NCBI GenBank assembly: GCA_963760795.1
Contig: CAVXEP010000019.1
Location: 96,001-160,000 of the forward strand
Direction: 5' to 3'
DNA length: 64,000 nt
DNA from: an uncultured delta proteobacterium
Lineage (GTDB): Bacteria > Desulfobacterota > Binatia > UBA9968
Below, one piece after another: positions 32,580 to 42,694 of the stretch. Within the stretch, counting starts at the first letter, position 1; each line of letters starts with the position of its first letter. The position numbers and the translations under genes are program-made. The notes under the pieces are model-generated. The model searched no databases. It was given only the letters and a program-made list of their open reading frames with translations, and was not told the DNA's origin.

Positions 32580-33032
32580 ATGAAAATAATTTCTCAGCGA
32601 TCGGCGGTGATCATCGCGCTAGCTGGGCTGGCGCTCGTTCCACTGCTTGCCGGCGCGCTTACGCCGCCGGTTTGGGCCGGGCAGGCCGAGCAGTTCACGC
32701 CCGAGTTTCACGGGCTGCACAAGAACTTCGACCCCAAACACACGCCGAAAATCGTCGCGCCCGACAGCGTCAAGCGCGGTCAGTGGTTCGATGTCACGGT
32801 TTCGGTCGGCAGCGGCAGCGAGCATCCGTCGTTGAGCGAGCACTTCGTGCGCTATATCGCCCTCTACATAGACAGCGCGGAGATCAGCCGCGTCTATCTT
32901 CATCCGGTCTATTCGTTCCCGAAGGTCACATTCACCATCGCCCTGGATCGCGGTGGCGTGCTGCGCGCTTTGGAGGAACCGACCCATTCGTCGGCGTGGG
33001 AAGGCTCAAAGAAAATATCCGTGCTGCCTTAA
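32580..33032 (+). CDS. Exported desulfoferrodoxin/superoxide reductase-like protein with a variant metal site
   Basis: Signal peptide; KHTP, EHP..EHFVRYI, LRALEEPTHSSAW in place of YCNxHGLW. Confidence 0.65.
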   Translation: MKIISQRSAVIIALAGLALVPLLAGALTPPVWAGQAEQFTPEFHGLHKNFDPKHTPKIVAPDSVKRGQWFDVTVSVGSGSEHPSLSEHFVRYIALYIDSAEISRVYLHPVYSFPKVTFTIALDRGGVLRALEEPTHSSAWEGSKKISVLP

Positions 33033-33727
33033 CTGGTTTGAAAACTATTTTTTTTGCATGCGCAGGCGACGCTGGTGCTGTCGCCGCTCACCGTGACTTC
33101 CTGGGTCGTGGTTCCCAAGGTTTCCTGCCAAACTTGCAGCGTGTACTTGCCCGGCGGCACGTTCTCAAGAACAAATTCACCCGCGTCATTAGTAACTGAA
33201 TAAAAGGGATGTTCGGCAACCACCACCCAGCCGCGCATCCACGAGTGCAGGTCGCAGTCAACGCGCAGCACCTCGGGATGTTTGAAGCCGATGGCAATCG
33301 TGCGCGCGTGCGGTTGCGCCCGGTTAAACGGCGGATTTTCTTTGCCGCCGCTCCTGACGTTGTGCATCAGCCGGTCGCTGTTCAAAAATTCCACGGTGCT
33401 GCCCGCCGGCACGATGACCACGCGAGGAATGAAGTCGCACTTGATCTGATCCATTTTCACTGGGGCCGGGTTGGCAGGCCACTTGGCGCCGGCCGGTACA
33501 CCTTGCAGCGACACGACGGCGTTGTGAATGCCGTTGTTGGGCGACAGCAGCAAGTTGCCGGCTGTTTTCTCTTTGCCGCAGAGATACTGGTCGATGGTTA
33601 CCGCGATTTTCTTTTGTTCCACCGCGGCGCCGCTGTAGCGCACGCTACCCTTGATCGTGCCGGCGCGGGCTATGCCGCAAAGCGCTGCGATACCGACAAT
33701 AAACGAAGCGATGCGAAGAATTTTCAT
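33029..33727 (-). CDS. Exported cupredoxin-like / carboxypeptidase-regulatory-like domain protein
   Basis: Signal peptide; DQIKCDFIPRV, NSDRLMHNV, CDLHSWM, VPPGKYTL. Confidence 0.78.
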   Translation of the reverse strand: MKILRIASFIVGIAALCGIARAGTIKGSVRYSGAAVEQKKIAVTIDQYLCGKEKTAGNLLLSPNNGIHNAVVSLQGVPAGAKWPANPAPVKMDQIKCDFIPRVVIVPAGSTVEFLNSDRLMHNVRSGGKENPPFNRAQPHARTIAIGFKHPEVLRVDCDLHSWMRGWVVVAEHPFYSVTNDAGEFVLENVPPGKYTLQVWQETLGTTTQEVTVSGDSTSVACACKKNSFQTS

Positions 33728-33739
33728 AAAATGTGACCT

Positions 33740-34645
33740 TTAGCTAAAGCCGTAGAGCCGCGCCGGGTTGTCGACCAGGATATTCTTTCTGATTCCCTCA
33801 TCGGCAGCAAATGCCGCGAGCAAATCCACTAAGTCGCCGTCGTTGGGCGTGTGGCCAGGGGCAAAGTTGTTCGAGTGCGGCCAGTCGGTGCCCCAGATGA
33901 CGCGATCAGGCGCGACGGCTATCACCGCCTGGGCGTAGGGAATCACTTCGACGAAGGGCAGGCCGAAATAGGAATGCACAAGGGTCTCGCAAATTTTGTC
34001 GGCGCCGCTGACTTTGGTCCAGACATGTTTGAGTTTCATCAATTCGAGCAACAGCTGAAACCCTGCCTGCCGCAATCCCTCGGCGGGCTTCACTCTTGCG
34101 ATATGATCGATGATCACCGGAATCGGCGACGTTCGAATTCGTTTTTCTTGCTCGATGAGGTTTTTCATGTCGATGTGCAGGTCGACAGACCAGCGGAGGT
34201 CGGTTATTTTTTCGATGCAGCGGTCGAGCACTTCAAGCCTAACATTGCCACGCGGCCGGTCAAGCAGATTAAATCTCACGCCGCGGATGCCCCCGTCATG
34301 TAATCGTTGGAGTTCATCCTCCGGCGTCTGGTCATCGATGCGGCCGACGCCACGGAACTTGCCGCGGGAATTTTTAATCGCGTCCAGCGTTGCGCTGTTG
34401 TCGAGGCCGTGCACGCTAGGTTGGACGACGACGGCACGCTCGATGCCGATCACCGCGAGCATTTTTTGATAATGCTCCAATGGCGCCGCCGGCGGCGTGT
34501 ACTCATGGGTTGACAGGAACGGAAACACTTCGGGCGGCCCGAAGACATGAAAGTGGGTGTCGCAGGCGTTAGGCGGCGGTGTGAACTTGGGTTTGCGCGT
34601 GTTGGGATCGGGCGGGTAACAGTAGGGCATGGTGGCTATCTCCAT
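33740..34645 (-). CDS. Amidohydrolase, 2-pyrone-4,6-dicarboxylate lactonase (LigI)-like
   Basis: CDTHFHVFGP, VVVQPSVHG, RGVRFN, IDHIA, WGTDWPH. Confidence 0.85.
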   Translation of the reverse strand: MEIATMPYCYPPDPNTRKPKFTPPPNACDTHFHVFGPPEVFPFLSTHEYTPPAAPLEHYQKMLAVIGIERAVVVQPSVHGLDNSATLDAIKNSRGKFRGVGRIDDQTPEDELQRLHDGGIRGVRFNLLDRPRGNVRLEVLDRCIEKITDLRWSVDLHIDMKNLIEQEKRIRTSPIPVIIDHIARVKPAEGLRQAGFQLLLELMKLKHVWTKVSGADKICETLVHSYFGLPFVEVIPYAQAVIAVAPDRVIWGTDWPHSNNFAPGHTPNDGDLVDLLAAFAADEGIRKNILVDNPARLYGFS

Positions 34646-34788
34646 GTTGGCGCTGGGCAATGTTTTAACTTAGCGGCAAGGGTAAGTCCACCAACATTGA
34701 GGGCTTGAATACGCTTTGGTCTCAAGAGTAGTATTGGGTTCGCAAGTTGTCGAGTTCGAATTTCGAAATCCGAGAGGCTGGAGGACAC

Positions 34789-35667
34789 ATGGCAAAGTTT
34801 CGCATACAGTCGCACGGACGCTTACAAGAGTGGGTGGCGGAGGAGAAAGGTTATTTCGCCGACGCCGGCCTCGATTACGAATTCTTGGTCACGCCGATCG
34901 TCACTTGGTCGGCCGGCGTGAAGACCGTCGAAGCGGCGCCCGCCGATATCCAGCGGGGCGCGTTCGAGTCCATTGAGGATGGGCGCGGCTGCAATCTGAG
35001 CGCGGCTTGCCACTGGACGGTCAACATGGCGGCGGCGGCGGATCATGGCAAGATGTGGGGCCGGGCATACTCGGTCTCGCCGTCGGGAATCTTTGTGCCG
35101 CCGGACTCCCATCTGCGCCAGCCTGAAGATCTCGCCAATGTGCCGGTGACGGTGGGCTATCATTCCGGCAGCCACTTCTCGTCGCTCCAAGGTCTCGAAC
35201 ATTTTCTCACTCGGGAGCAAATCAAACTACACTTTGGCGGCCTGCTGCTCGACCGCTTGGCGCTGCTCCTCGATCGCCAGGTGCCGGCGGCAAATTTGTT
35301 TGGCGCGCCGTACTACGTCGCCGAGCAGTTGGGTTTCACCAAAATCATCGATACCACTTTTATGATCGCCCATCTGGTTTCCGGCGACGCCGACTTGAGC
35401 GACGTGGAGCGTTACTTCGAAGCGCTGCGCCGCGCCCAGCAAGATATCGATTTCGAACCGGAGGCATTCAAACACTATTTCCTCCGCGAGTTGCCCGAGC
35501 GCTACCATGGACTGGTCGACACGCGACGCTTTGGCCCCGGCGAACGGATCGTCTTCGAGCCTTACCCGCGCGCCGCCTTCCAGCGCACACGCCAGTGGAT
35601 CGAGTCGTGGAATCTATTTCCACCCGAACAGAAGGGCGACGCCGGGTACGACGTGGCGGTGGTTTAA
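34789..35667 (+). CDS. Periplasmic-binding-fold (NMT1/THI5-like) protein without a signal peptide
   Basis: WVAEEKGYFADAGLD, PEDLANVPV, GSH; GGAGG RBS before MAKFRI. Confidence 0.75.
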   Translation: MAKFRIQSHGRLQEWVAEEKGYFADAGLDYEFLVTPIVTWSAGVKTVEAAPADIQRGAFESIEDGRGCNLSAACHWTVNMAAAADHGKMWGRAYSVSPSGIFVPPDSHLRQPEDLANVPVTVGYHSGSHFSSLQGLEHFLTREQIKLHFGGLLLDRLALLLDRQVPAANLFGAPYYVAEQLGFTKIIDTTFMIAHLVSGDADLSDVERYFEALRRAQQDIDFEPEAFKHYFLRELPERYHGLVDTRRFGPGERIVFEPYPRAAFQRTRQWIESWNLFPPEQKGDAGYDVAVV

Positions 35668-35683
35668 AAGGAGTAGAAAGTAT

Positions 35684-35779
35684 TCACCACGAAGATCGCG
35701 AAGCGGTGGGACGATCAGGAAGGTGGGTTTATATCCCGCTCCTACGAAACCTTCATGATCATCGTGTCCCTCGTGGTGA
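35684..35779. repeat. CACGAAG-type inverted element with a nested GTAG REP
   Basis: tcaccacgaag...ctcgtggtga ends; inner minus-strand gtaggagcgggatataaacccacctt. Confidence 0.72.
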
Positions 35780-35819
35780 GTGGGATTCGAGTTTTTCGGC
35801 GAGCTCCTCAACCTTACAT

Positions 35820-36656
35820 TTACGCGGCGGTGTGGCGTTTGACCCAGTCGAGAATCACCTGGTTGGTTTCTTCCGGCGCTTGCCAGAAGAAGCCGTGGGA
35901 TTGGCCTTTGAGTATTTTGAGTTCGGCGCCGGGAATTCTGTTCTTCAGTGCTTCAGCTTGTAACAGATGGTTGCTGCGCGCTTTGTCGTTGGTGCCGATC
36001 ACTACGAGCGTGGGAACGCTGACGTCACCTAAACGATGGGTGGCTTCCCAGTTGTGACGGGCGATGCTCAAGTGGATATATTCGGACAGGTTGGCGTGAG
36101 TCGCGCGTGCTAGTTTGAAGAATTCTTCGATGCGCTCCGGGCGAGCGGCGCGAAATTCATCGGTGAAAAAGACTTCGGACTCGCAGTACTCGTCATGAAG
36201 AAATTTTTCAAAGCCTTTTTCAACCAAGCCGAGCACGAGCCAGTGAGGTAAGCCGGGAATGCAGTCCGGGCCGGGGCGAGTGACCAGGCCCGAGCCGCTG
36301 GCGGCCATGATCAAGCTCTTTGCCCGCCCGGGAAAATTCAGCGCCAGGGTCAGGGCGACCCGGCCGCCCATGGAGTGGCCGAGCAGGTGGGCTGAGGGGA
36401 TTTCTAGATGGTCGAGCAGCGCCACCGCATCGTTGGCCATCTGCTCGATGGTGTAGACTTGCTGGCTAACTCTGGTGCGCGGACAGCCGCGGGGATCGTG
36501 GAGAATCAGCTGCATGGCCGGCGACAGCGCCGGCACTTGGTGGGGTTTCCAAACCTCGCCGGAAAACGCCGTCGACGGAAAGAGCAGTAGTGCATCGCCA
36601 GCGCCGTGGGTTTCGTAGTAAAGCTCTGTGCCTGTGGGCAGACTGGCGACGGGCAT
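35820..36656 (-). CDS. Alpha/beta hydrolase (paralog of 1361-2188)
   Basis: GHSMGG, AASGSG, HGFFW shared with the first copy. Confidence 0.9.
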   Translation of the reverse strand: MPVASLPTGTELYYETHGAGDALLLFPSTAFSGEVWKPHQVPALSPAMQLILHDPRGCPRTRVSQQVYTIEQMANDAVALLDHLEIPSAHLLGHSMGGRVALTLALNFPGRAKSLIMAASGSGLVTRPGPDCIPGLPHWLVLGLVEKGFEKFLHDEYCESEVFFTDEFRAARPERIEEFFKLARATHANLSEYIHLSIARHNWEATHRLGDVSVPTLVVIGTNDKARSNHLLQAEALKNRIPGAELKILKGQSHGFFWQAPEETNQVILDWVKRHTAA

Positions 36657-36880
36657 CGATGCGTCCTCTAAGCATGTCTAAGTTTGTGCTGGTCGATTTG
36701 TCCAATCCGTACAATCTTTTCGCTTGAATGAATAGTCTATTACCGCGAAAGTGCGCGGATTTGAACTCCGGGCAATGGCAATCCAGGGTGACAGGAGATT
36801 GCCGCGTGGCATTCCCCTAAAACAGCAACGCGGAAGACCATTGCCGATCTTCCGCGTTGATTCCGAACCGTGGGGAATAA

Positions 36881-37720
36881 CTATTGCTTGATCGCGGCGG
36901 CGCGCCGTTGCAAGGCGGCGTTACGCACGGCGCCGTAGAGGTCAACTGTGGATTCAGCCACCCGCTCGAAGCGGTCGAGATTGAGTGAGCGCTCGTTGAC
37001 CGTCTCGGTAATAGTGGCTGCGAGGGAGCCCCACCAGGGGATAAAGTAAGACGGTGGGAACATCGCCGCGTCGAAGGCATAACCGAAGCCGTCACGAACA
37101 TTTAGCGGCGGCAGAAGCGGCAGAACTAGATAGGGACCCGGTCCCATGCCCCAGACGCCGAAGGTCTGGCCGGTGTCTTCGTCTTTTTGTTCGATGCCGA
37201 AGGCATCCTTTGCTATATCGAAAAAGCCCACGACCCCAACCGTACTATTGACGGTAAATCGCACCAGCTCGATGCCAGCGCCGGCGAACTTCAATTGCAG
37301 GGTGTTATTGACCACTCGGCGGACGACGTCGAGGTTGTCGAACATATTGCGAAATCCGCGTTGTACCATGTCAGGTAAAACAAAGTCCCAGCCGATGGCG
37401 ATTGGCTTCAACAGAAAGCGATCTAGGATCTCCCGGTTAAAGTTGAACATCTTTTCGTTGAAGCCTTCCCAAGGGTCCTGATCGAAGTCATCCCCAGCGG
37501 CGGCAGCTGTCATGTTCGGTTGGATGGCCATCTCAACTTCAATGGCGCCGGCGTCGGCAGCCAGTGCGACGATCACCTCTGGATTGTCGGCGGATTCCGA
37601 TGCAGCGGTAATTTCTTCCGCCTGTGCGGTCCCGCCGGGGATAGCCAGCAGGCCAATCGAACTGGCGAGCGCGCCAGCCATCCATATTTTCAATAACCAC
37701 CGGCAATATGATTTATACAT
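36881..37720 (-). CDS. mlaA: VacJ/MlaA family protein
   Basis: DPWEGFNEKMFNFN, EDTGQTFGVWG, GPYLVLPLL, RDGFG. Confidence 0.88.
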   Translation of the reverse strand: MYKSYCRWLLKIWMAGALASSIGLLAIPGGTAQAEEITAASESADNPEVIVALAADAGAIEVEMAIQPNMTAAAAGDDFDQDPWEGFNEKMFNFNREILDRFLLKPIAIGWDFVLPDMVQRGFRNMFDNLDVVRRVVNNTLQLKFAGAGIELVRFTVNSTVGVVGFFDIAKDAFGIEQKDEDTGQTFGVWGMGPGPYLVLPLLPPLNVRDGFGYAFDAAMFPPSYFIPWWGSLAATITETVNERSLNLDRFERVAESTVDLYGAVRNAALQRRAAAIKQ

Positions 37721-37823
37721 CCCCTTCTCCTTCTCCAAGATGGATTTCAATGATCGGAACTACAGCAACCGGTCAAGTTAAACACACTGACTATCATATC
37801 GTGCCACTGAATGCAGCTTTATG

Positions 37824-37839
37824 AGCCAAAATCATGCCA
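37824..37839 (-). promoter_or_regulatory. Possible sigma-54 -24/-12 promoter upstream of mlaA
   Basis: Minus strand TGGCATGATTTTGGCT, GG-N10-GC spacing. Confidence 0.3.
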
Positions 37840-38048
37840 GCGATCGGCTCTCTGTTCTAACGCCCCGGCGAGCAAATAGAGGAAATTACAGCCAAAGTAG
37901 TAGTCAGACCCAGACGATGCTTTGACAACTGCGGGCGCCTAAAAGTCGCAATACTGTAAACGTGGTTACATTGTCGGGCAGCCGAGTCGCCTTTGGCCTG
38001 GTTCGGTAAAAGTTTGCAGCAATTAGTTGAATCGGCTAGTTTGTCGCT

Positions 38049-39254
38049 GTGGCGGAAATCGACAAACCGAAAACCGTGGTGCTTGGGGTGACCGGCGGCA
38101 TCGCCTGCTACAAGGCGGTGGAGCTGGTGCGTTTGCTCGTCAAGGCCGGTCACCGCGTTCAGGTGATCATGACCCGCGGCGCCATGGAGTTTGTCACAGC
38201 GCTGACCTTTCAAACCCTTTCCGGCCATCCTGTGGCTACGGAAACCTTCAACCTCACGCAGGAGTCTGAAATCGGCCATATCAATTTAGCCGACTCGGCC
38301 GATCTGTTCGTGATTGCGCCGGCGACGGCCAACATCATCGGCAAGATCGCCAACGGCATCGCCGACGATCTTTTGACGACGGTGATCATGGCGACCCAGG
38401 CCCCGGTATTGATCGCGCCGGCGATGAATATCCATATGTATGAGAATCCGATGCTGCAGGAGAATCTGCGCAAGCTAGGCCGGGTCGGTTACCATATTTT
38501 AGAGCCGGCCGAAGGTTTTCTCGCTTGCGGCTACGAAGGCAAGGGCCGGCTGCCCGATCCGGAAAAGATTGCCGACGAGGTCGAGCGCTTGCTCGGAAAA
38601 ACGGACTTGGTGGGTGAGCGGCTGTTGATCACCGCTGGGCCTAGTCGCGAGCCTCTCGATCCGGTGCGCTACCTGTCAAACCGGTCTTCCGGAAAAATGG
38701 GTTATGCGCTGGCACGGGCGGCGGCACGGCGGGGCGCAGAGGTGGTGCTGGTGAGTGGACCCACCGCGCTGGACTGTCCTGCCGGCGTTCGCCTCATCCC
38801 TGTGGTCACGGCCGCCGACATGCGTGATGCCGTGGTTAAAGAGTTCGCCACGGCGACGGCGGTGGTGATGGCGGCGGCAGTAGCTGATTACCGGCCGGTG
38901 GTGACCGCGGATCGGAAGATCAAGCGCGGCAAAGGCCCCATCGAGCTGCGCCTGGAACCCAATCCCGATATCGTCAAAGAGCTTGGCCAGAACAAAGATG
39001 GCAAAGTGTTGATCGGCTTCGCCGCTGAGACCGAAGATCTGACCGCCAACGCCGCCAAGAAGCTGCGCGAAAAAAATCTCGACATGATCGTCGCTAACAA
39101 CGTCACCGAAGCCGGCAGCGGGTTTGACGGCGACACCAACATTGCGACTATTCTCGACCGCACCGGCGCGTCGCAGTCGCTACCGCTGATGAGTAAAGAT
39201 GAGTTGGCGGACCGCATCTACGATCATTACCTCGCCCTCAAAAACCGGCGTTGA
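38049..39254 (+). CDS. coaBC: Phosphopantothenoylcysteine decarboxylase/ligase
   Basis: GVTGGIACYK, PATAN, PAMN, LACG, SNRSSGKMG, GFAAET. Confidence 0.96.
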   Translation: MAEIDKPKTVVLGVTGGIACYKAVELVRLLVKAGHRVQVIMTRGAMEFVTALTFQTLSGHPVATETFNLTQESEIGHINLADSADLFVIAPATANIIGKIANGIADDLLTTVIMATQAPVLIAPAMNIHMYENPMLQENLRKLGRVGYHILEPAEGFLACGYEGKGRLPDPEKIADEVERLLGKTDLVGERLLITAGPSREPLDPVRYLSNRSSGKMGYALARAAARRGAEVVLVSGPTALDCPAGVRLIPVVTAADMRDAVVKEFATATAVVMAAAVADYRPVVTADRKIKRGKGPIELRLEPNPDIVKELGQNKDGKVLIGFAAETEDLTANAAKKLREKNLDMIVANNVTEAGSGFDGDTNIATILDRTGASQSLPLMSKDELADRIYDHYLALKNRR

Positions 39255-39578
39255 GATCGGCAAGCCGGTAAAATATTTTGTCGTGTCTCTTATTGCCGAT
39301 CTGACGCTGCTTGCCGTTACTTAACTGCCAACCCAGGCGATCGAAAACAAGTGTCGCGATCCGCTCTCCGGCGGCCGTCGGGTGAATCTCGACCCCGGCT
39401 ATATCGATCTCCTCCGAGTCATTCTCGCTTCGACCAAAATTGCCAACCAGCGCATCTAACCGAATTCCGGCATCTGCGCCGAAGCGACTCGGCGACAGCT
39501 CTTCAATCATTGAGCTAACTTCGTATTGCTTCGCGCCGGTGTCGGGTGGTACGATCCGGCGGTGAAAGGATCGCGCTG

Positions 39579-40343
39579 ATGTCCGAGCCGAGCGACGCCG
39601 AAGAATTGGCCGCGTTAACCACCACGCTCAAGCGCCATCTCCAACGCCGGCAACGGGCCGGGTTGCGCTATTTGGCGAACGCTCTGCCAGCGCCAATGAA
39701 ATCCGTAATCTTTAATGAAGAACCTAGCATCATGAGCGGCACTGAATCAGACATGCTTGCCGATACCAGCAGCGCTCTGCAAGCCGAGAGCTTGGACGAT
39801 TTGCGCGCCGTCATCGGTGATTGCCAGCGCTGCAAGCTATGTTCAGGCCGGACCCATATCGTTTTTGGCGTCGGCAATCCCCACGCCAAGCTGATGTTTG
39901 TCGGCGAAGGGCCAGGCCGCGACGAAGACTTGAAGGGCGAACCGTTCGTCGGCCGGGCGGGACAGCTGTTGACCGACATCATCACCAAGGGCATGGGGCT
40001 TAAGCGCGAAGATGTTTACATTTGCAATGTGGTCAAATGCCGGCCGCCGGAGAACCGCAATCCCGAGCCGGACGAAGTCGCTGCCTGCGAGCCGTTCTTA
40101 AAAAAACAGATCGATATCGTCCGGCCGCAAATCATCGTTGGTCTGGGAAAATTCGCCGTGCAAACGCTACTCAATAGCAAAGCGCCGATCGGCAAACTGC
40201 GCGGCACTTGGGCCAGCTACCACGGCATCAAGCTCATGCCGACGTTCCATCCGGCTTACTTGCTGCGCAACCCGGCGGACAAAAAGCTGGTGTGGGAAGA
40301 TATTAAACTGGTAATCAAAGAGATGCGTGGTGAAGACGCTTAA
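39579..40343 (+). CDS. Uracil-DNA glycosylase family 4 (Fe-S)
   Basis: CQRCKLC, GEGPG, PFVGRAG, KCRPPENRNP, HPAYLLR. Confidence 0.94.
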   Translation: MSEPSDAEELAALTTTLKRHLQRRQRAGLRYLANALPAPMKSVIFNEEPSIMSGTESDMLADTSSALQAESLDDLRAVIGDCQRCKLCSGRTHIVFGVGNPHAKLMFVGEGPGRDEDLKGEPFVGRAGQLLTDIITKGMGLKREDVYICNVVKCRPPENRNPEPDEVAACEPFLKKQIDIVRPQIIVGLGKFAVQTLLNSKAPIGKLRGTWASYHGIKLMPTFHPAYLLRNPADKKLVWEDIKLVIKEMRGEDA

Positions 40344-41643
40344 AGCAATTCTATTCATTAGCCTAGTCGCTATGGGCGCGGGCGTGTTGGCGCAGTCCAA
40401 GGACGCGGCTGTGCCCCATGTCGATCTGATCGCCATCGACGGCAGCATCAATCCGGCGGTGGATGATTTTATCCGCGAAGGCATCGCGCGGGCGAAGCAT
40501 AATGGCGCGCGGGCGCTGATCATTCAGCTCGACACTCCCGGCGGGCTGCTCAATTCCACGCGCACCATCGTCAAGGAAATGCTCGGCGCTCAGGTTCCGG
40601 TCATGGTCTGGGTCGGACCGAGCGGCGCCGGCGCGGGCTCGGCGGGAGTGTTTATCACTCTGGCCGCCCATATCGCGGCGATGGCACCGGGCACCAACAT
40701 CGGCGCGGCCCATCCGGTGGCCGGTGGCGGCCAGGAAGTCAAAGGCGTGATGGGCGAGAAGATCGAGAATTTCACGGCATCGTTCAGCGAGAGCATCGCG
40801 CAGAAACGCGGCCGCAACGCCGAGTGGGCGATCCAAGCGGTACGCAAGAGCGTGGCGATCACCGAGAGCGACGCACTCAAGAAGAATGTCATCGACATCG
40901 TCGCCAAAGACATTGACGATTTGCTCAAGCAAGCCGATGGCCGCAAGGTCGATCTCGACGGCAAAATGCAGGTGCTGGCGCTCAAAGACGCCAAGGTGAA
41001 TCGCCACGACATGAGCCTGAAGCAGAAGGTCTTGAATACCCTGGCCGATCCCAACATCGCTTATCTGCTGATGATGGCCGGTCTGCTGGGATTGTATATG
41101 GAGTTTTCCCATCCCGGCGTGATTTTCCCTGGCGTGGCTGGGGCGATTTGTTTGTTGCTGGCGCTGGCATCGTTTCAACTTCTGCCGCTCAACTACACCG
41201 GTCTCACGCTGATCGCATTGGGGATAGGGTTGCTAGTTTCGGAGATGTTCGTGCCTAGTTTCGGCGTCTTAGGAATCGGCGGGATTTTTGCGCTGGCCAT
41301 CGGCTCGCTGCTTCTTTTCGATACCGAAAGCTCGGATCTGATCGTCGACCGCGCGATCGTTTTCACCGCGGTGGGCACGGTGGGGGCGATCATGCTTGGT
41401 TTGAGCTATTTAGTATTTCGCACCCAGCAGGCCAAGCCGACCATGGGCATGGCAAGTTTGATCGGCAAGATCGGCGAAGTCAGAGCCGAGCTCACGCCGG
41501 CAGGCAAGATTTTTGTCCATGGCGAATATTGGAACGCCCGCGCCGAGACGCCGATCGAGGTGGACGCCAAGGTCGAAGTAATCGGCTACGAGGGTATGAC
41601 ACTCAAAGTGCGACGGGCGGCGGGTGGCGAACTGGTAGGTTAA
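40327..41643 (+). CDS. nfeD: NfeD membrane-bound ClpP-class protease
   Basis: LDTPGG, GSAG, APGTNIGAAHP, TM bundle, VHGEYW OB-fold. Confidence 0.93.
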   Translation: MVKTLKAILFISLVAMGAGVLAQSKDAAVPHVDLIAIDGSINPAVDDFIREGIARAKHNGARALIIQLDTPGGLLNSTRTIVKEMLGAQVPVMVWVGPSGAGAGSAGVFITLAAHIAAMAPGTNIGAAHPVAGGGQEVKGVMGEKIENFTASFSESIAQKRGRNAEWAIQAVRKSVAITESDALKKNVIDIVAKDIDDLLKQADGRKVDLDGKMQVLALKDAKVNRHDMSLKQKVLNTLADPNIAYLLMMAGLLGLYMEFSHPGVIFPGVAGAICLLLALASFQLLPLNYTGLTLIALGIGLLVSEMFVPSFGVLGIGGIFALAIGSLLLFDTESSDLIVDRAIVFTAVGTVGAIMLGLSYLVFRTQQAKPTMGMASLIGKIGEVRAELTPAGKIFVHGEYWNARAETPIEVDAKVEVIGYEGMTLKVRRAAGGELVG

Positions 41644-41658
41644 CAACAGGAGGTCGAC

Positions 41659-42411
41659 ATGTTTGGTTTCGGACCGATAGCGACATTTCTCGTCATTGCG
41701 GTTGCGGCGCTGGTCAGCGGCATCAAGATTCTCAAAGAGTATGAGCGCGGCGTGGTGTTCCGCCTCGGCCGCATGGTCGGCGCGCGCGGTCCGGGGATGG
41801 TTTACGTCATTCCGGGCATCGAAAAAATGGTCAAAATGGATCTGCGCACGGTGACCATGGATATCCCGCCGCAGGACGTGATCACCCGCGATAACGTTTC
41901 GGTGAAAGTCAACGCGGTGCTTTATTTTAGGGTCATCGATCCCAATCTGGCGGTTCGGGAAGTGGAGAATTATCTTTTTGCCACCTCCCAACTCGCCCAA
42001 GTGACGCTGCGCAGTGTCTGCGGCCAGGGCGAACTAGACGAACTCCTGTCCGAGCGGGAAAAGATCAACAGCCGCATTCAAGACATCTTGGATAAGCAGA
42101 CCGATCCCTGGGGAATCAAGGTCGTGTTGGTTGAGCTGAAGCATATCGATTTGCCGCAGGAAATGCAGCGCGCCATGGCGAAGCAGGCCGAGGCCGAGCG
42201 CGAACGGCGTGCCAAAGTCATCCACGCCGAGGGTGAATACCAGGCTTCGCAAAAGCTCGCTGACGCCGCCGGAGTCATGGCTTTGCAACCGATGGCGTTG
42301 CAGTTGCGTTATCTTCAGAGTCTGGTCGAAATCGCCTCGGAGAAAAATTCGACGACGATCTTCCCCATACCCATCGATCTATTGACGCCGTTCTTGAAGA
42401 AGGACACTTAA
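41659..42411 (+). CDS. Stomatin-like SPFH protein (slipin)
   Basis: [38 protein letters not shown]. Confidence 0.94.
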   Translation: MFGFGPIATFLVIAVAALVSGIKILKEYERGVVFRLGRMVGARGPGMVYVIPGIEKMVKMDLRTVTMDIPPQDVITRDNVSVKVNAVLYFRVIDPNLAVREVENYLFATSQLAQVTLRSVCGQGELDELLSEREKINSRIQDILDKQTDPWGIKVVLVELKHIDLPQEMQRAMAKQAEAERERRAKVIHAEGEYQASQKLADAAGVMALQPMALQLRYLQSLVEIASEKNSTTIFPIPIDLLTPFLKKDT

Positions 42412-42553
42412 TTCCCTCCGGGGACAATCTCGATTAGACTGATCTCGCTCCTGCCGATCTCGATTCAGGGCACGGCATGCCGTGCCGTAATCGTATCGTC
42501 ATGCCGGCTCTTGTGTGAATCAGGCGGGTGGAAAATGAAAACGGATTTCTTTT

Positions 42554-42637
42554 AACACGAGAGATCACGAAGGACACGAAGGGTTCGGATGAACCGAAAA
42601 TTCCGAACTTCGTGCTCTTCGCAGATCCATTCGCGGT
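42554..42637. repeat. CACGAAG 9-mer inverted element
   Basis: cacgagagatcacgaaggacacgaag ... cttcgtgctcttcg. Confidence 0.65.
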
Positions 42638-42694
42638 CGCAGAAAATTGTAATTTTCAATAGCTCGGCACGCAATCCCCTATTTTATCGGCCAG

